DNA of 64,000 nucleotides from an uncultured Verrucomicrobiota bacterium (lineage in GTDB: Bacteria > Verrucomicrobiota > Kiritimatiellia > CAIQIC01 > CAZMXS01): contig CAZMXS010000002.1 in the NCBI GenBank assembly GCA_964570325.1, forward strand, positions 17,398-81,397. Direction: 5' to 3'. Each line of letters starts with the position of its first letter. Position 1 is the stretch's first letter. The notes below the pieces were generated by a model that saw only the letters and a program-made list of their open reading frames with translations, was not told the DNA's origin and did no database searches. The position numbers and the translations under genes are program-made. This document shows, one piece after another, positions 31,679-41,390 of the stretch.

Positions 31679-33742
31679 ATGCATCCAACGATCAATCGCC
31701 CATTGCCCAACGCAATTCGCCTGTGGCGGTTCAAACTGCCCGCGCTCCTGACGTTGGCCGGCCTCTGCGCCGCCTGCGCTATTCGCCGCGAAACCCCGGC
31801 GCCACCGGCCGGCCGCGAGGGGCCGGCCGGCGCGGGCGGAGCCGTCAGCGATCGCGAATTGATGCAGCGTTTTCTCGCCGGCAAACCACTGCCGACGCCC
31901 GCATTCACGCTGGCCGATCCCGGCCGGGACGAGCCCATTGACTACGCGAAATATGGCCGGTTCCATGGCGTGGGGACTGACCAGTATGAGTATGAGATTA
32001 CCGATGTCGCGGGACTGCAACGCGCGGTCGGCGAGGGGATCTTCCCCAACGAGGACGGCGTCATTGACGATCCGGCCTATACGCGCCTGCATAGCGCAGA
32101 CCGGCTGGACGCCAATCATTGGGATGCGTTGAGCAGCAGCAATCTGCAGGCGGCCTTCATGATCTGGGCGCAATGCCACGAGGAACCCGGGGTGAAGGCC
32201 TTCTTCACCGCCAGCATCCTCGAGCGCGCGGGCCTGATTATGCATGCGCTCAAGGGCTATCGCGCGGTCATGATCCATTTCCCTCGCTCCGTCTGCTGGT
32301 CGGCCGACAGCACATTTGTCTGGTATGTCGCTCCGGCCGCGCTGGGCAACATTCAGCGGCTGTGCCGCGAATACCCGCAACTCGGCCTGCGGCTGGAGGG
32401 CGCCAAGCTTAGCGTTCGCAACGGCCACGACACGGACCTGGATAACGACCAGGTCAGCGTCACGCCTGGCCGCTTCGTGAAGCAGGCGCCCACGGATCGG
32501 TTGGCCCGCTTGCCGCGCCTGGACGCCATGCCGTATGCCCAGCGGCGCGGCACGGGCCGGGTCCAGGTTGTCCAATACACCAACGGCCACTGGCAACTGC
32601 GGGTGAACGGCCGGCCGTTCACCGTGCGGGGAGTCAGTTACGGGCCGACTGAAGTCGGATTCGGCCCCAACAATGACCCCGAATTCGGCCACCGCTGGCA
32701 GTTCACCGACAAGAACACCAATGGCCTCGCGGATGCCCCCTACGAAGCCTGGGTGGACGCCGATCACAACGGCATCCGCGGCGTAAACGAGATCGCGCGC
32801 GGCGATTTCGCGCTCTTGCGCGACATGGGCTGCAACGCGATCCGCTGGTACATCCCCAATGGCGCGTCCAACACCTATGATCCGCTGAAGGTTAACAAGA
32901 CGCTGTTGCGCGACTTGGTGAACCGCTACGGAATTTACGTCATCGCCGGCGATTTCCTGGGCGCCTACACCGTCGGCTCCGGCGCGGACTGGTCGCGGGG
33001 CACGGACTACACCGACCCGGCTCAACGCGCCCGCATGAAAGAAATCGTCCGGCAGAAGGTGTTGGATCTGCGCGGCGAGCCATGGCTGCTGATGTGGCTG
33101 CTGGGCAACGAAAACAACATGAGCGGCGGCTACAACGGCGTCAACGCCACCCGCACCAACGCGGGGTCGCACCCGGAAGACTGGGCGCGCTTTGTCAACG
33201 AGGTCGCGGAGATGATCCACGAACTCGACCCGGACCATCCGGTCGCCATCGGCAACCAGGAAACCGGACTGGCGGAGGTGTATAACCGATGCGCGCCGGC
33301 AATAGATGTTTTCGGGGTCAATGCGTACCGCGGCGCGGGCGGCTTCGGCGGGCTTTGGAGCGAGGTACGCGAGCAATTCGACCGCCCGGTGTTGATCACC
33401 GAATACGGGACGCCGGCCTGCACCGCCGAGAAGGGACTCGACGAGGCAGCGCAAGCGGCTTATCATGAGGGGTGTCTGCGGGATATCACGCTCAATCTCG
33501 CCGGCGGCGATGGCGAAGGCAACTGCATCGGCGGCATCATTTTTGCCTACACCGATGAATGGTGGAAGGCCAACGATAACCCGGCCACGCAGGCCACCCC
33601 AAAAGCCGGCCACGGCGCCGGACACGAGGAATGGTTCGGCATCACCAGCCAAGGCTCCGGCAAAGACAGCCCATTCGAACGAACACTGCGCCCCGCTTAT
33701 GATATGTACCGCCAGGCGTGGATGAAAGCGAGCGACCGGTAG
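31679..33742 (+). CDS. secreted clan GH-A (TIM-barrel) glycoside hydrolase, family unresolved
   Basis: Signal peptide (LPALLTLAGLCAACA). Candidate acid/base WLLGNENN and nucleophile LITEYGT spaced about 110 aa apart, as in GH2/GH5-type retaining hydrolases. Internal start MHPTINR. Confidence 0.45.
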   Translation: MHPTINRPLPNAIRLWRFKLPALLTLAGLCAACAIRRETPAPPAGREGPAGAGGAVSDRELMQRFLAGKPLPTPAFTLADPGRDEPIDYAKYGRFHGVGTDQYEYEITDVAGLQRAVGEGIFPNEDGVIDDPAYTRLHSADRLDANHWDALSSSNLQAAFMIWAQCHEEPGVKAFFTASILERAGLIMHALKGYRAVMIHFPRSVCWSADSTFVWYVAPAALGNIQRLCREYPQLGLRLEGAKLSVRNGHDTDLDNDQVSVTPGRFVKQAPTDRLARLPRLDAMPYAQRRGTGRVQVVQYTNGHWQLRVNGRPFTVRGVSYGPTEVGFGPNNDPEFGHRWQFTDKNTNGLADAPYEAWVDADHNGIRGVNEIARGDFALLRDMGCNAIRWYIPNGASNTYDPLKVNKTLLRDLVNRYGIYVIAGDFLGAYTVGSGADWSRGTDYTDPAQRARMKEIVRQKVLDLRGEPWLLMWLLGNENNMSGGYNGVNATRTNAGSHPEDWARFVNEVAEMIHELDPDHPVAIGNQETGLAEVYNRCAPAIDVFGVNAYRGAGGFGGLWSEVREQFDRPVLITEYGTPACTAEKGLDEAAQAAYHEGCLRDITLNLAGGDGEGNCIGGIIFAYTDEWWKANDNPATQATPKAGHGAGHEEWFGITSQGSGKDSPFERTLRPAYDMYRQAWMKASDR

Positions 33743-33765
33743 ACGAAGCGCGGTAAACGGAAGTA

Positions 33766-33780
33766 GTAATCACTGATTAC
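33766..33780. repeat. palindrome GTAATCA-ct-GATTAC (CTGATTA-family heptamer pair)
   Basis: Inverted pair of the CTGATTA/TAATCAG heptamer located between the convergent GH-A and STAS gene ends. Confidence 0.4.
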
Positions 33781-33804
33781 GGTCAACTGCTCCACAATTA
33801 CCGC

Positions 33805-34170
33805 TCACGGTCCCGCCTCCTTCTTCTCGCCCCAGGACAAAATGGCCATTGCTTCTTCGCGGCTGTGCACGATGGGGATGAGCGCATCCATATTCGCCGC
33901 CTTCAGGCCCAATTCGGCCATCTTCTGCGGGTTCAGGAGGATCAGTTTCAGATTGTCCCGATGAAGGGCTTTCGCGGCGCTCAAGAGCATCCGCATACCC
34001 ATGGACGAAAGAAAACTCACTCCCGCCAGGTCCACCAGCACGTGGGTGCGCGCGCCCAACACATGACTTTGGAATTGCATCTCGCTATCCCGCACCGCCT
34101 GCGTGTCCAGTTTGCCCGCAATGGCAATCTGCACCCAGCGTTCATTCTTTTCCACCGGATTGATTTCCAT
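33805..34170 (-). CDS. STAS-domain anti-sigma-factor antagonist (SpoIIAA/RsbV-like)
   Basis: MEINPVEKNERWVQIAIAGKLDTQAVRDSEMQFQSH...VDLAGVSFLSSMGMRMLLS; 121 aa from the internal start. Confidence 0.65.
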   Translation of the reverse strand: MEINPVEKNERWVQIAIAGKLDTQAVRDSEMQFQSHVLGARTHVLVDLAGVSFLSSMGMRMLLSAAKALHRDNLKLILLNPQKMAELGLKAANMDALIPIVHSREEAMAILSWGEKKEAGP

Positions 34171-34241
34171 GAGCTGTATCTCCTCGCCTTGGCGCAATAG
34201 CCGCACTGATCAGTATCTTCCAGTTTTCTCCCGGCTGACCA

Positions 34242-34256
34242 CTGATTACTGATTAC
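34242..34256. repeat. direct heptamer pair CTGATTA-CTGATTA-C
   Basis: Tandem 7-mer about 70-85 nt upstream of the STAS gene start; same unit as at 33766 and 55089. Confidence 0.4.
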
Positions 34257-34704
34257 CCTTATCATCCAGCGCCGTCATTACCCGTTCGATTTCTCTGAAC
34301 AACGCCTGACTGCTGACCGGTTTGGTGACGTATCCATCCATGCCGGCTTGCCGGCATTTCTCAGCATCACCCTTCATGGCGTAAGCGGTCAGCGCAATAA
34401 TGGGAATATGCCCGCCGCTTTCACGCTCAGCCGCGCGGACGCGCCGGGTGGCATCCCAACCACTCAACTCCGGCATCCGCACATCCATCAATACCAGGTC
34501 GAACCGGCCCCCCAAGATGGCTTTGACACCGCTGGGGCCATCCTCCGCTACGGTTATTTGATATCCACGCTCCTGCAAATAAATCCGCACCAGTTGCTGG
34601 CTGATAGGATCGTCGTCCACCAAAAGCACCTTCAACGAACGCGGCCCGAACGGTTCAGACCGCCCATGCGGAACATCCGGTTTTTGATCCGACTGATTCA
34701 TCAT
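34246..34704 (-). CDS. single-domain response regulator (CheY-like receiver)
   Basis: LKVLLVDDDPISQQLVRIYLQERGYQITVAEDGPSGV...DLVLMDVRMPELSGWDATRRVR...PIIALTAYAMKGD...GMDGYVTKP; start at MMNQSD. Confidence 0.75.
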   Translation of the reverse strand: MMNQSDQKPDVPHGRSEPFGPRSLKVLLVDDDPISQQLVRIYLQERGYQITVAEDGPSGVKAILGGRFDLVLMDVRMPELSGWDATRRVRAAERESGGHIPIIALTAYAMKGDAEKCRQAGMDGYVTKPVSSQALFREIERVMTALDDKGNQ

Positions 34705-34860
34705 GCCGGATCTCATTATGACAGCGGCCGGCTGGCGGCACAAGCCCAGGTTAAGGCATGACATGCCGGGAGGCCCAGCGGGCGCCGGGCGGCAATAAGG
34801 GACAGGATGGCGGCACAAGCGGGCAAGATGCCCGCGCTCCGTGGAATGCCTTGGTTTTCT

Positions 34861-37377
34861 TTATGGCAGGCGGGCCCGCAGGCGATAGAAGCCGGTTTCG
34901 GAGTCGGCCGCATTGGTCAAGGTCAACCAGGCGCCGTTGCCGGGATGGTTGGAGGCCACGACCAGCCAGACCGCCGCGGTCAGCGTCGGCTTGTATTGCA
35001 AATCATATAGACGGTGGCCGGCCGAGGCGAAGGACAGGCAATCCGCCATGTTGCTGGTGGCCGGCGTCAGGCTCAACCAAAGGCAGGATTGCCCGTTGGT
35101 CGGATCAGTCGCCGCGCGGTATTCGCCCAGATTGCACAAGCCATCGCCATCAAGGTCAACGCCGGAGTCATTGGCATAGACATTCAATCCGTAGCGTTGC
35201 TCCCACAAATCGGGCATGCCATCGGCGTCGGCATCCGGACCCGACACCACGAGGGTCAACTCGTTCGTGCCCTCGCCAACGGGCAAGGCTACCTGCGCCA
35301 CAAGCGCGGTGACCACGGATGAAGTGATCGCCAGGGTGTAAACCCCGTGGAATCCGCGGAAGGTCAACGTGCCGGCGGCGTCAGCCGCGCGGTTGGTGCG
35401 CGTGGTCCACGCGCGCATGAGGCTCTCGTACTGGCGACCGGCGGCGTTGGTGGTCCAGTCACCATTAACCAGGGCGGCATTCGCGCCGCGCCAGTGATTG
35501 CTGGCCCAGAACCCCCACATCAGGATCCCCCCGACGGCGGGGTGGCTGAACGCCGTTTTGTAAAATGTCTTCAACAAGCGCGCGCGCTCATTCTCGTCCG
35601 GCGCGGAGATGTCAAACTCCGTGCACCAGACCGGCAGGCCCACTTCACCGAGGGTGTTCAGCCGCGCCAGCACGAGGTATGGATTAAGCTCCCACATGTG
35701 ACACTGCGCGCCGATGCCGCCCACTGGCGCGCCGGCGGCGCGCAAGCCCTGGATATGGGCGACATATTGGTCCGTATCCGAGAAGGACACCACGCCGTAG
35801 TCATTGACGAAAAGCCGCGCGTCCGGGTCCAGTTCAGCCGCGCGCTGAAACATCCACGGGCGGATGATTCCACCCAGATAATTGGAATAAAAGGCGCCAT
35901 GCAGCATCTCATTGTTCACATCCCAGTGCTCAAAGCGCCCGCGATAACGCGGCACGACGCTGTCCAACCGATTGGACACCGCCGCGCGCAACTCCGCCGG
36001 CGCGTTGGTAAGCTCGCGCACCCATTCCTGAACATGACTCTCCACTTCCCAGAAAATGCAGTGGCCGCGCATGCGAATGTTGTTGGAAACACAGTAGTTC
36101 GCCATGGCATCCGCATTGTCATAGTCCAACATGCCTGTTTCGGGTTCATTCTGGCTCCACTTGGTCTCATTCTCAAACACCGCCCATTCAAAGTGTCGGG
36201 CGAAGAAATCAGCATAACGCGGCGTGGACCGCACCCATTGGCTAAGCGCGGAGCCGAAGGCGAAGTCATGCCGTGTCTGCGTGATCGCGACGGCGGCATT
36301 GGTGAGCGGACGGCCAAGGGCGTCGAGCAGCCGGATACGCATATCGCGCTTGCGCAGGAGTTCGATGCGCGCGTCGGCCTCGGCTTCCCATTCCCCGCTG
36401 CCGATCAGCACTGCGTCGTCCGCATAGAAATTGACCCCGGGCGGCGGCCCTTCGATGTACATGTTCAGTTCGGAAAGCGTGCCGGTATACTGCAACGTGT
36501 AAGCGCCAACCAGTTCAGTCCAGCCGCTGTTACCGGCCCAGACATTGGTGGTCAGGTGCGTATATTCCGCCTGGCCATTGGCCACTTTTTTGATGGTGAG
36601 CGTTACGGGCGCAGCCGAGGTGTTGGCGATCCGGACCCAGACGCGGTTGGTGTAACTCATGCCGTTGGCCATGATGTTGCGCATGTCGTGGACCGGGCCC
36701 TGCCAATAAGCGGTGCGGCCGGTGACGTAACCGGCGTGCGCGCCGCCGTGAACCTGCGCAGTGGATGTGGTCAACACACAGGGGCTGTAGGCATACCAGG
36801 CGGTTGTGCCGTCTTCAAAGCCCCCGTTGTTGAGCAGGTTGTCCGCCGGCATCGGCGGCGTGCCATGGGAAAGAATCCACATTCGGTCCACATACAACGT
36901 ATCTTTCGAACGTTTACTATTTCTCCGATCCGTATCCAGCACGCGGACGAAGATTGTGCCGGCGGGCGCGCCGACCAGGGTGACGCTCTGGGTGGTTTTG
37001 GCATCGGTGGCAATCGTCAGTAAATCGTTGTATGTCGTGCCGTCGGCCGACCACGCGAAAATAAAGTTATCACCATCGCTGTTATTCGGGCGGCAGGCGA
37101 CGACGTTGAAAATAACGGTCGTGCCCCCGGAAACATCGAAACGCCATTTATGCTCCAAATAACTGTAGCGCGAATTGGTGATTTCCGTCAGCGCCTCGCA
37201 CCCATCATCGTTGGCATACGTGTCGGCATACGTGCCGGCCACCGTACCGGCGAAAAACAAATCCTCCTGAGCATAGTTGGTCGCCACCTGCGCGGACGCC
37301 ACTTGGCCCCACAGCATCCCCGCCAGCAGGATTCCCAACCCTTTGTCGGTAGCGCTCCCGATTTTTGACCAATTCAT
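34861..37377 (-). CDS. secreted GH10 endo-1,4-beta-xylanase with N-terminal CBM-like modules and C-terminal Ca-binding repeat + terminal domain
   Basis: Signal peptide; CBM22-like NLLNNGGFEDG; GH10 motifs GHCIFWE, WDVNNEMLHG (acid/base), CTEFDI (nucleophile); C-terminal DADADGMPDLWEQ...DLDGDGLCNLGEYRAATDP...FYRLRARLP. Confidence 0.7.
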   Translation of the reverse strand: MNWSKIGSATDKGLGILLAGMLWGQVASAQVATNYAQEDLFFAGTVAGTYADTYANDDGCEALTEITNSRYSYLEHKWRFDVSGGTTVIFNVVACRPNNSDGDNFIFAWSADGTTYNDLLTIATDAKTTQSVTLVGAPAGTIFVRVLDTDRRNSKRSKDTLYVDRMWILSHGTPPMPADNLLNNGGFEDGTTAWYAYSPCVLTTSTAQVHGGAHAGYVTGRTAYWQGPVHDMRNIMANGMSYTNRVWVRIANTSAAPVTLTIKKVANGQAEYTHLTTNVWAGNSGWTELVGAYTLQYTGTLSELNMYIEGPPPGVNFYADDAVLIGSGEWEAEADARIELLRKRDMRIRLLDALGRPLTNAAVAITQTRHDFAFGSALSQWVRSTPRYADFFARHFEWAVFENETKWSQNEPETGMLDYDNADAMANYCVSNNIRMRGHCIFWEVESHVQEWVRELTNAPAELRAAVSNRLDSVVPRYRGRFEHWDVNNEMLHGAFYSNYLGGIIRPWMFQRAAELDPDARLFVNDYGVVSFSDTDQYVAHIQGLRAAGAPVGGIGAQCHMWELNPYLVLARLNTLGEVGLPVWCTEFDISAPDENERARLLKTFYKTAFSHPAVGGILMWGFWASNHWRGANAALVNGDWTTNAAGRQYESLMRAWTTRTNRAADAAGTLTFRGFHGVYTLAITSSVVTALVAQVALPVGEGTNELTLVVSGPDADADGMPDLWEQRYGLNVYANDSGVDLDGDGLCNLGEYRAATDPTNGQSCLWLSLTPATSNMADCLSFASAGHRLYDLQYKPTLTAAVWLVVASNHPGNGAWLTLTNAADSETGFYRLRARLP

Positions 37378-37445
37378 CTCTGCTCCTGGTTATGTACTGG
37401 ATTTGGACATATTGTTACGCATATCATGCAAATCTGTTAAGGGCT

Positions 37446-37475
37446 TTTTTGAACTTTGAACCTCGTGCCTTGAGC
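37446..37475. repeat. heptanucleotide tandem array (TTGAACT TTGAACC TCGTGCC TTGAGCC ...)
   Basis: Same unit as at 30373; located in the divergent region between the GH10 xylanase (-) and SLT (+). Confidence 0.5.
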
Positions 37476-37489
37476 CCTAGACTTGGCCC

Positions 37490-38044
37490 ATGCGCATGGT
37501 TCCGCGAAGCACGGCCCTTAAAATCATATACTGGAACGTCGTGGTGGCGGTCCTGCTGGTCGGCATGGCCGGGATCGCCGCATTTCACCGCATCCATCGT
37601 TTCGACAAGCTGATCGTGGCGGCCGGGCGGCAATACGGGGTGGACCCGCGCCTGGTTTCCGCGCTGATCTGGCGCGAAAGCCGGTTTCGGGAACATTGCG
37701 TCGGCGCGCGCGGGGAAATCGGCCTGATGCAGGTGACGGAGACCGCGGCGCGCGAATGGGCGCGCGCCACCGGCGTGACCGACTTCGAGCGCGCACATCT
37801 GTTCGACCCCGGCGTCAATATCCGGGCGGGCACATGGTATCTTGCCCGCGCGATCCAGCGCTGGTCCAACCGGCGGGATCCCCTGCCCTTCGCGCTGGCC
37901 GAATACAACGCCGGCCGCTCGAATGCCCAGCGTTGGGCGCTCCTCTGCGGCACGGATGACCGCGCGTTCATCGAACGTATTACCTATCCGACAACCCGGC
38001 AATACGTGCAGGACATTCTGAAACGTTATCGCAACAAGATGTAA
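37490..38044 (+). CDS. lytic transglycosylase (SLT domain), membrane-anchored
   Basis: SLT catalytic motif ESRFREHCVGARGEIGLMQV...AEYNAG; N-terminal TM helix. Confidence 0.7.
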   Translation: MRMVPRSTALKIIYWNVVVAVLLVGMAGIAAFHRIHRFDKLIVAAGRQYGVDPRLVSALIWRESRFREHCVGARGEIGLMQVTETAAREWARATGVTDFERAHLFDPGVNIRAGTWYLARAIQRWSNRRDPLPFALAEYNAGRSNAQRWALLCGTDDRAFIERITYPTTRQYVQDILKRYRNKM

Positions 38045-38092
38045 AGCTGGACAGGAACGCGGGCAGCGCCCGGCGGCCAGCGCTAAAACCGC

Positions 38093-39868
38093 TCACGCCT
38101 CCTTGAACTGGAGGTTGTAGAGATACTGGTACACGCCGCCTTGGGCCAGCAGTTCCGTGTGCGCCCCGCGCTCGACGATTCGGCCCTTGTCCAGGACCAG
38201 GATCAGGTCGGCGTGGACGATCGTCGAGAGCCGATGCGCGATCACGAAAACCGTCCGATGTTCCATCAGCTCGTCCAACGCCGCCTGGACCTGTCGCTCA
38301 GACTCCGTGTCCAGCGCGCTGGTGGCTTCGTCCAGGATCAGCACGGGCGGATTGCGCAGTATTGCGCGCGCGATCGCCAGGCGCTGGCACTCGCCGCCGG
38401 ACAAACGCAGGCCACGTTCCCCAATGATAGTCTCGTACCCTTCCGGCATGGCCATGATAAACTCGTGCGCATGCGCCCGCCGGGCGGCATCCTCGATCGC
38501 CTGGCGTGAGCTGCCCTCCAAGCCATAGGCGATATTATTGGCCACTGTGTCGTTGAACAGGATCGTCTCCTGGGTGACAATACCGATCTGGCGCCGAAGC
38601 GAGGCCAGGGTCAATCCGCGGACATCGCAGCCGTTGAAGAGGATGGCGCCCGCCCGCACATCGTAAAAACGCGGCAACAGGCTCACCAATGTCGTCTTGC
38701 CGGACCCCGAACTGCCGACCAGCGCCACGCACTGGCCCGCGCTCACGATGAAGTTGAGATCCGACAACACCGGCTCCGCGCCATACGCAAATGTGACGCC
38801 ACGATATTCGATTTCACGCACGGGGCCCTCAAACACGACCGCGCCCGGCTGGTCGCTGACGGTGATCGGCATGTCCAGCAGTTCAAAGATGCGATCGGCC
38901 GCCCCCGAACTCTGCTGGATCGCCAGATGCACCCGGCTGAGTTTCTTAACGGGCTGATACATCAAGACCAGCGCCGCGGCGAAAGTCACAAACTGGTCAA
39001 AGGTCATCCCGATCCAGCGGACATACACCAACGCCAGCGCGAGCCCGACAAACGAGATAAAGACCACCAGCGGGTCAATTGCCGCGTTGGCGCGCACCAC
39101 CTTCATGACGCGGGAAAAGACCGCCTGCGCCTGCTGGTCAAACCGTTGCGATTCGCGCCCCTCCATGCCGAACGCCTTGACGATCCGCGCGCCCATGATC
39201 GTCTCCTGCATGATGGAGACCATGTCGGCCAATTTCTGCTGGCTCTCGCGCGCGAAGCGGCGAACGCGGCGGCCGAAGATGGCCACCGGAATAATGCAGA
39301 TCGGAAACAGCAACAGACTGGCGCCCGCCATCATGGCGTTCAACCAGAACAGGTAGGCGATGGCGCCGATCAGGACAAACGGCTCGCGCACCATTTCGCC
39401 GATGACATTGGAAACGCCGCGCTCAACCTGCATCGTGTCGTTGGTCGTCCGCGAGATCAATTCGCCGGTGCGGCTCTGCGAGAAGAACAGCAACGGCAGT
39501 TCATGGATATGCGCGAACATGCGCTTGCGCAGGTCCATGACCACGCGGTTACCGACCCAGTTCATGAAATAAATGCTGAAATACCCGCCCAGGCCCCAGA
39601 GCAGGGCGAAGACCGGCAGCAAAGCCGCTGCCGCAATCACGACCGGCCAAGGCAGCCGGTTCGGATCGAAAATCGCCGCCAGGGTATGCTGCAGCGAGAA
39701 CAACATCCCGGGGACGGAGCAGCCATAGATCATGGCGAAGCAAATGCCCATCGCCAGCCGCGGCCAATAAGGCCTGACAAACTGCAGCAACCGGCGGTAA
39801 ATCCGCCACTCCTGGCGGAAATCCAGTTGGGGCCGCGGCAACGATTTGTTTTCAGCCATCAGACCCAT
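38093..39868 (-). CDS. ABC transporter permease/ATPase fusion, MsbA-like lipid exporter
   Basis: 6-TM domain then NBD with Walker A GSSGSGKTT, signature LSGGECQRLAIAR, Walker B ILILDEATSALD. Confidence 0.8.
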   Translation of the reverse strand: MGLMAENKSLPRPQLDFRQEWRIYRRLLQFVRPYWPRLAMGICFAMIYGCSVPGMLFSLQHTLAAIFDPNRLPWPVVIAAAALLPVFALLWGLGGYFSIYFMNWVGNRVVMDLRKRMFAHIHELPLLFFSQSRTGELISRTTNDTMQVERGVSNVIGEMVREPFVLIGAIAYLFWLNAMMAGASLLLFPICIIPVAIFGRRVRRFARESQQKLADMVSIMQETIMGARIVKAFGMEGRESQRFDQQAQAVFSRVMKVVRANAAIDPLVVFISFVGLALALVYVRWIGMTFDQFVTFAAALVLMYQPVKKLSRVHLAIQQSSGAADRIFELLDMPITVSDQPGAVVFEGPVREIEYRGVTFAYGAEPVLSDLNFIVSAGQCVALVGSSGSGKTTLVSLLPRFYDVRAGAILFNGCDVRGLTLASLRRQIGIVTQETILFNDTVANNIAYGLEGSSRQAIEDAARRAHAHEFIMAMPEGYETIIGERGLRLSGGECQRLAIARAILRNPPVLILDEATSALDTESERQVQAALDELMEHRTVFVIAHRLSTIVHADLILVLDKGRIVERGAHTELLAQGGVYQYLYNLQFKEA

Positions 39869-39874
39869 GCGCTC

Positions 39875-40798
39875 TCACACCCCTTCCGCCGCGAGATACC
39901 GTTCCGCCTCAAGCGCCGCCATGCAGCCGGAGCCGGCGGCTGTGACGGCCTGACGATAATGCGCGTCCTGAACATCGCCGGCGGCGAACACCCCCGCTAC
40001 GTTGGTGCGCGTGTTTTGGGCGACAATATACCCCTTGGCATCCAGTTCCAACTGGCCCTTGAACGGGTCGGTGTTCGGTTGGTGGCCGATCGCCGCGAAC
40101 ATCGCGCGCACCGCCAGTTCGCTGGTGGCGCCGGTCTTGACGTTCTTCAAACGCAGGCCGGTCACCTCATTGCGAGTCGCGTCCAGCACTTCCGTGACCA
40201 CGGAGTTCCAGACCACCTCGATTTTAGCATTGGCGCGCACCCGCTCCCCCATGATCCGGGAGGCGCGAAACTCGTCGCGCCGGTGAATCAAATAGACCCG
40301 CGACGCGAACCGCGTCAGGAACAGCGCCTCCTCCATCGCCGAGTCGCCACCGCCCACGACGGCCACCGGCACATTCCGATAAAAAGCGCCATCGCAAGTG
40401 GCACAACCGGAGACCCCGCGCCCAATCAGTTTCTGTTCGGATTCCAGCCCCAGGTAGCGGGCCGACGCACCGGTGGCGACAATCACCGTCCGGGCCGAGA
40501 GCGTCTCGCCACTATCGAGCCGAACCTGGAGCGGCCGGCCGGAGAAATCCGCCGCGGCAACCAACCCCGCCATGAAGCGCGCGCCGAAGCGCTCCGCCTG
40601 TTGCCGCATTTGCGTCACCAACAGGGTCCCGTCAATGCCCTCCGGAAATCCGGGGAAATTCTCGACCTCCGTCGTGGTCGTCAACTGCCCCCCCGGCTGC
40701 AGGCCATCCACCACCAAGGGCGCCAGCCCGGCGCGCGCGGTGTAAAGCGCGGCGGTCAGCCCGGCCGGACCGGTGCCCAAGATCAAGACCTTCTCCAT
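39875..40798 (-). CDS. trxB: thioredoxin-disulfide reductase
   Basis: FAD motif ILGTGPAGLTAALYTARAG; redox-active CATCDG; NADPH motif VVGGGDSAMEEA. Confidence 0.9.
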   Translation of the reverse strand: MEKVLILGTGPAGLTAALYTARAGLAPLVVDGLQPGGQLTTTTEVENFPGFPEGIDGTLLVTQMRQQAERFGARFMAGLVAAADFSGRPLQVRLDSGETLSARTVIVATGASARYLGLESEQKLIGRGVSGCATCDGAFYRNVPVAVVGGGDSAMEEALFLTRFASRVYLIHRRDEFRASRIMGERVRANAKIEVVWNSVVTEVLDATRNEVTGLRLKNVKTGATSELAVRAMFAAIGHQPNTDPFKGQLELDAKGYIVAQNTRTNVAGVFAAGDVQDAHYRQAVTAAGSGCMAALEAERYLAAEGV

Positions 40799-40972
40799 TA
40801 CATGTTCCTCCGTTTCGCGCGACAGTCATACCGGGTTGGGCATAGGATGTAAATGCCGAAGGCGGCGCCGGTGCGCTTCCCGTGGATTTGCGGTTGCATG
40901 TTTTTTAGGGGCGGGTCTATGCTGACATCATTGATGGGTTTGTCCCGGCGGGACGGAAAGGCGGTGGTGGCG

Positions 40973-41365
40973 ATGCCTGAAAAAGACATGCTGAAGCGGC
41001 TTTGGGAAAAGCAGACCGAATTGAACCTGCGCATCGGCGTGGATTGCGCGCAGATGAGCGAGGAAGACCAGCAGAAATGGATTCTCAACTACTGCCGGGC
41101 CATGTCGCAGGAGATCGCCGAACTCACCGACAGCGTCCCTTGGAAATGGTGGGCGCGCTACCAGAAGTTCGACCGGCAGAATGCCCGGGTTGAAGTGGTG
41201 GATTTATTTCATTTCCTGATCTCGTTGGCACAGGTGCTCGGTATGAGCGCCGAGGATGTGTTTGACACCTATCTGCAAAAACACAAAGTCAACCTCCAAC
41301 GACAGGATACGGGCTATCAGGTAAAGGACGAGTCCGATAACCGGCAGATTGGCGCCGGCAATTAG
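40973..41365 (+). CDS. all-alpha NTP pyrophosphohydrolase (dimeric dUTPase / MazG-like)
   Basis: Internal start MPEKDMLKRLWEKQTELN...; EEDQQKWILNYCRAMSQEIAELTDSVPWKWW...VEVVDLFHFLISL, resembling dimeric-dUTPase-family helices. Confidence 0.45.
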   Translation: MPEKDMLKRLWEKQTELNLRIGVDCAQMSEEDQQKWILNYCRAMSQEIAELTDSVPWKWWARYQKFDRQNARVEVVDLFHFLISLAQVLGMSAEDVFDTYLQKHKVNLQRQDTGYQVKDESDNRQIGAGN

Positions 41366-41390
41366 GACGCGACGGCAAGCGGAAAGGGCT

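Noticed and set aside
30770-33652. 960-aa minus-strand ORF, plus similar long antisense ORFs 35347..37023 (+), 38927..40852 (+), 47554..50145 (+), 26650..28068 (+), 21232..22047 (+), 19809..20846 (-)
   Set aside because: Each lies opposite a gene with clear homology-like features (methyltransferase/GH-A, GH10, msbA/trxB, alaS, icd, PAS protein, rSAM) and is low-complexity. Treated as high-GC artefacts.
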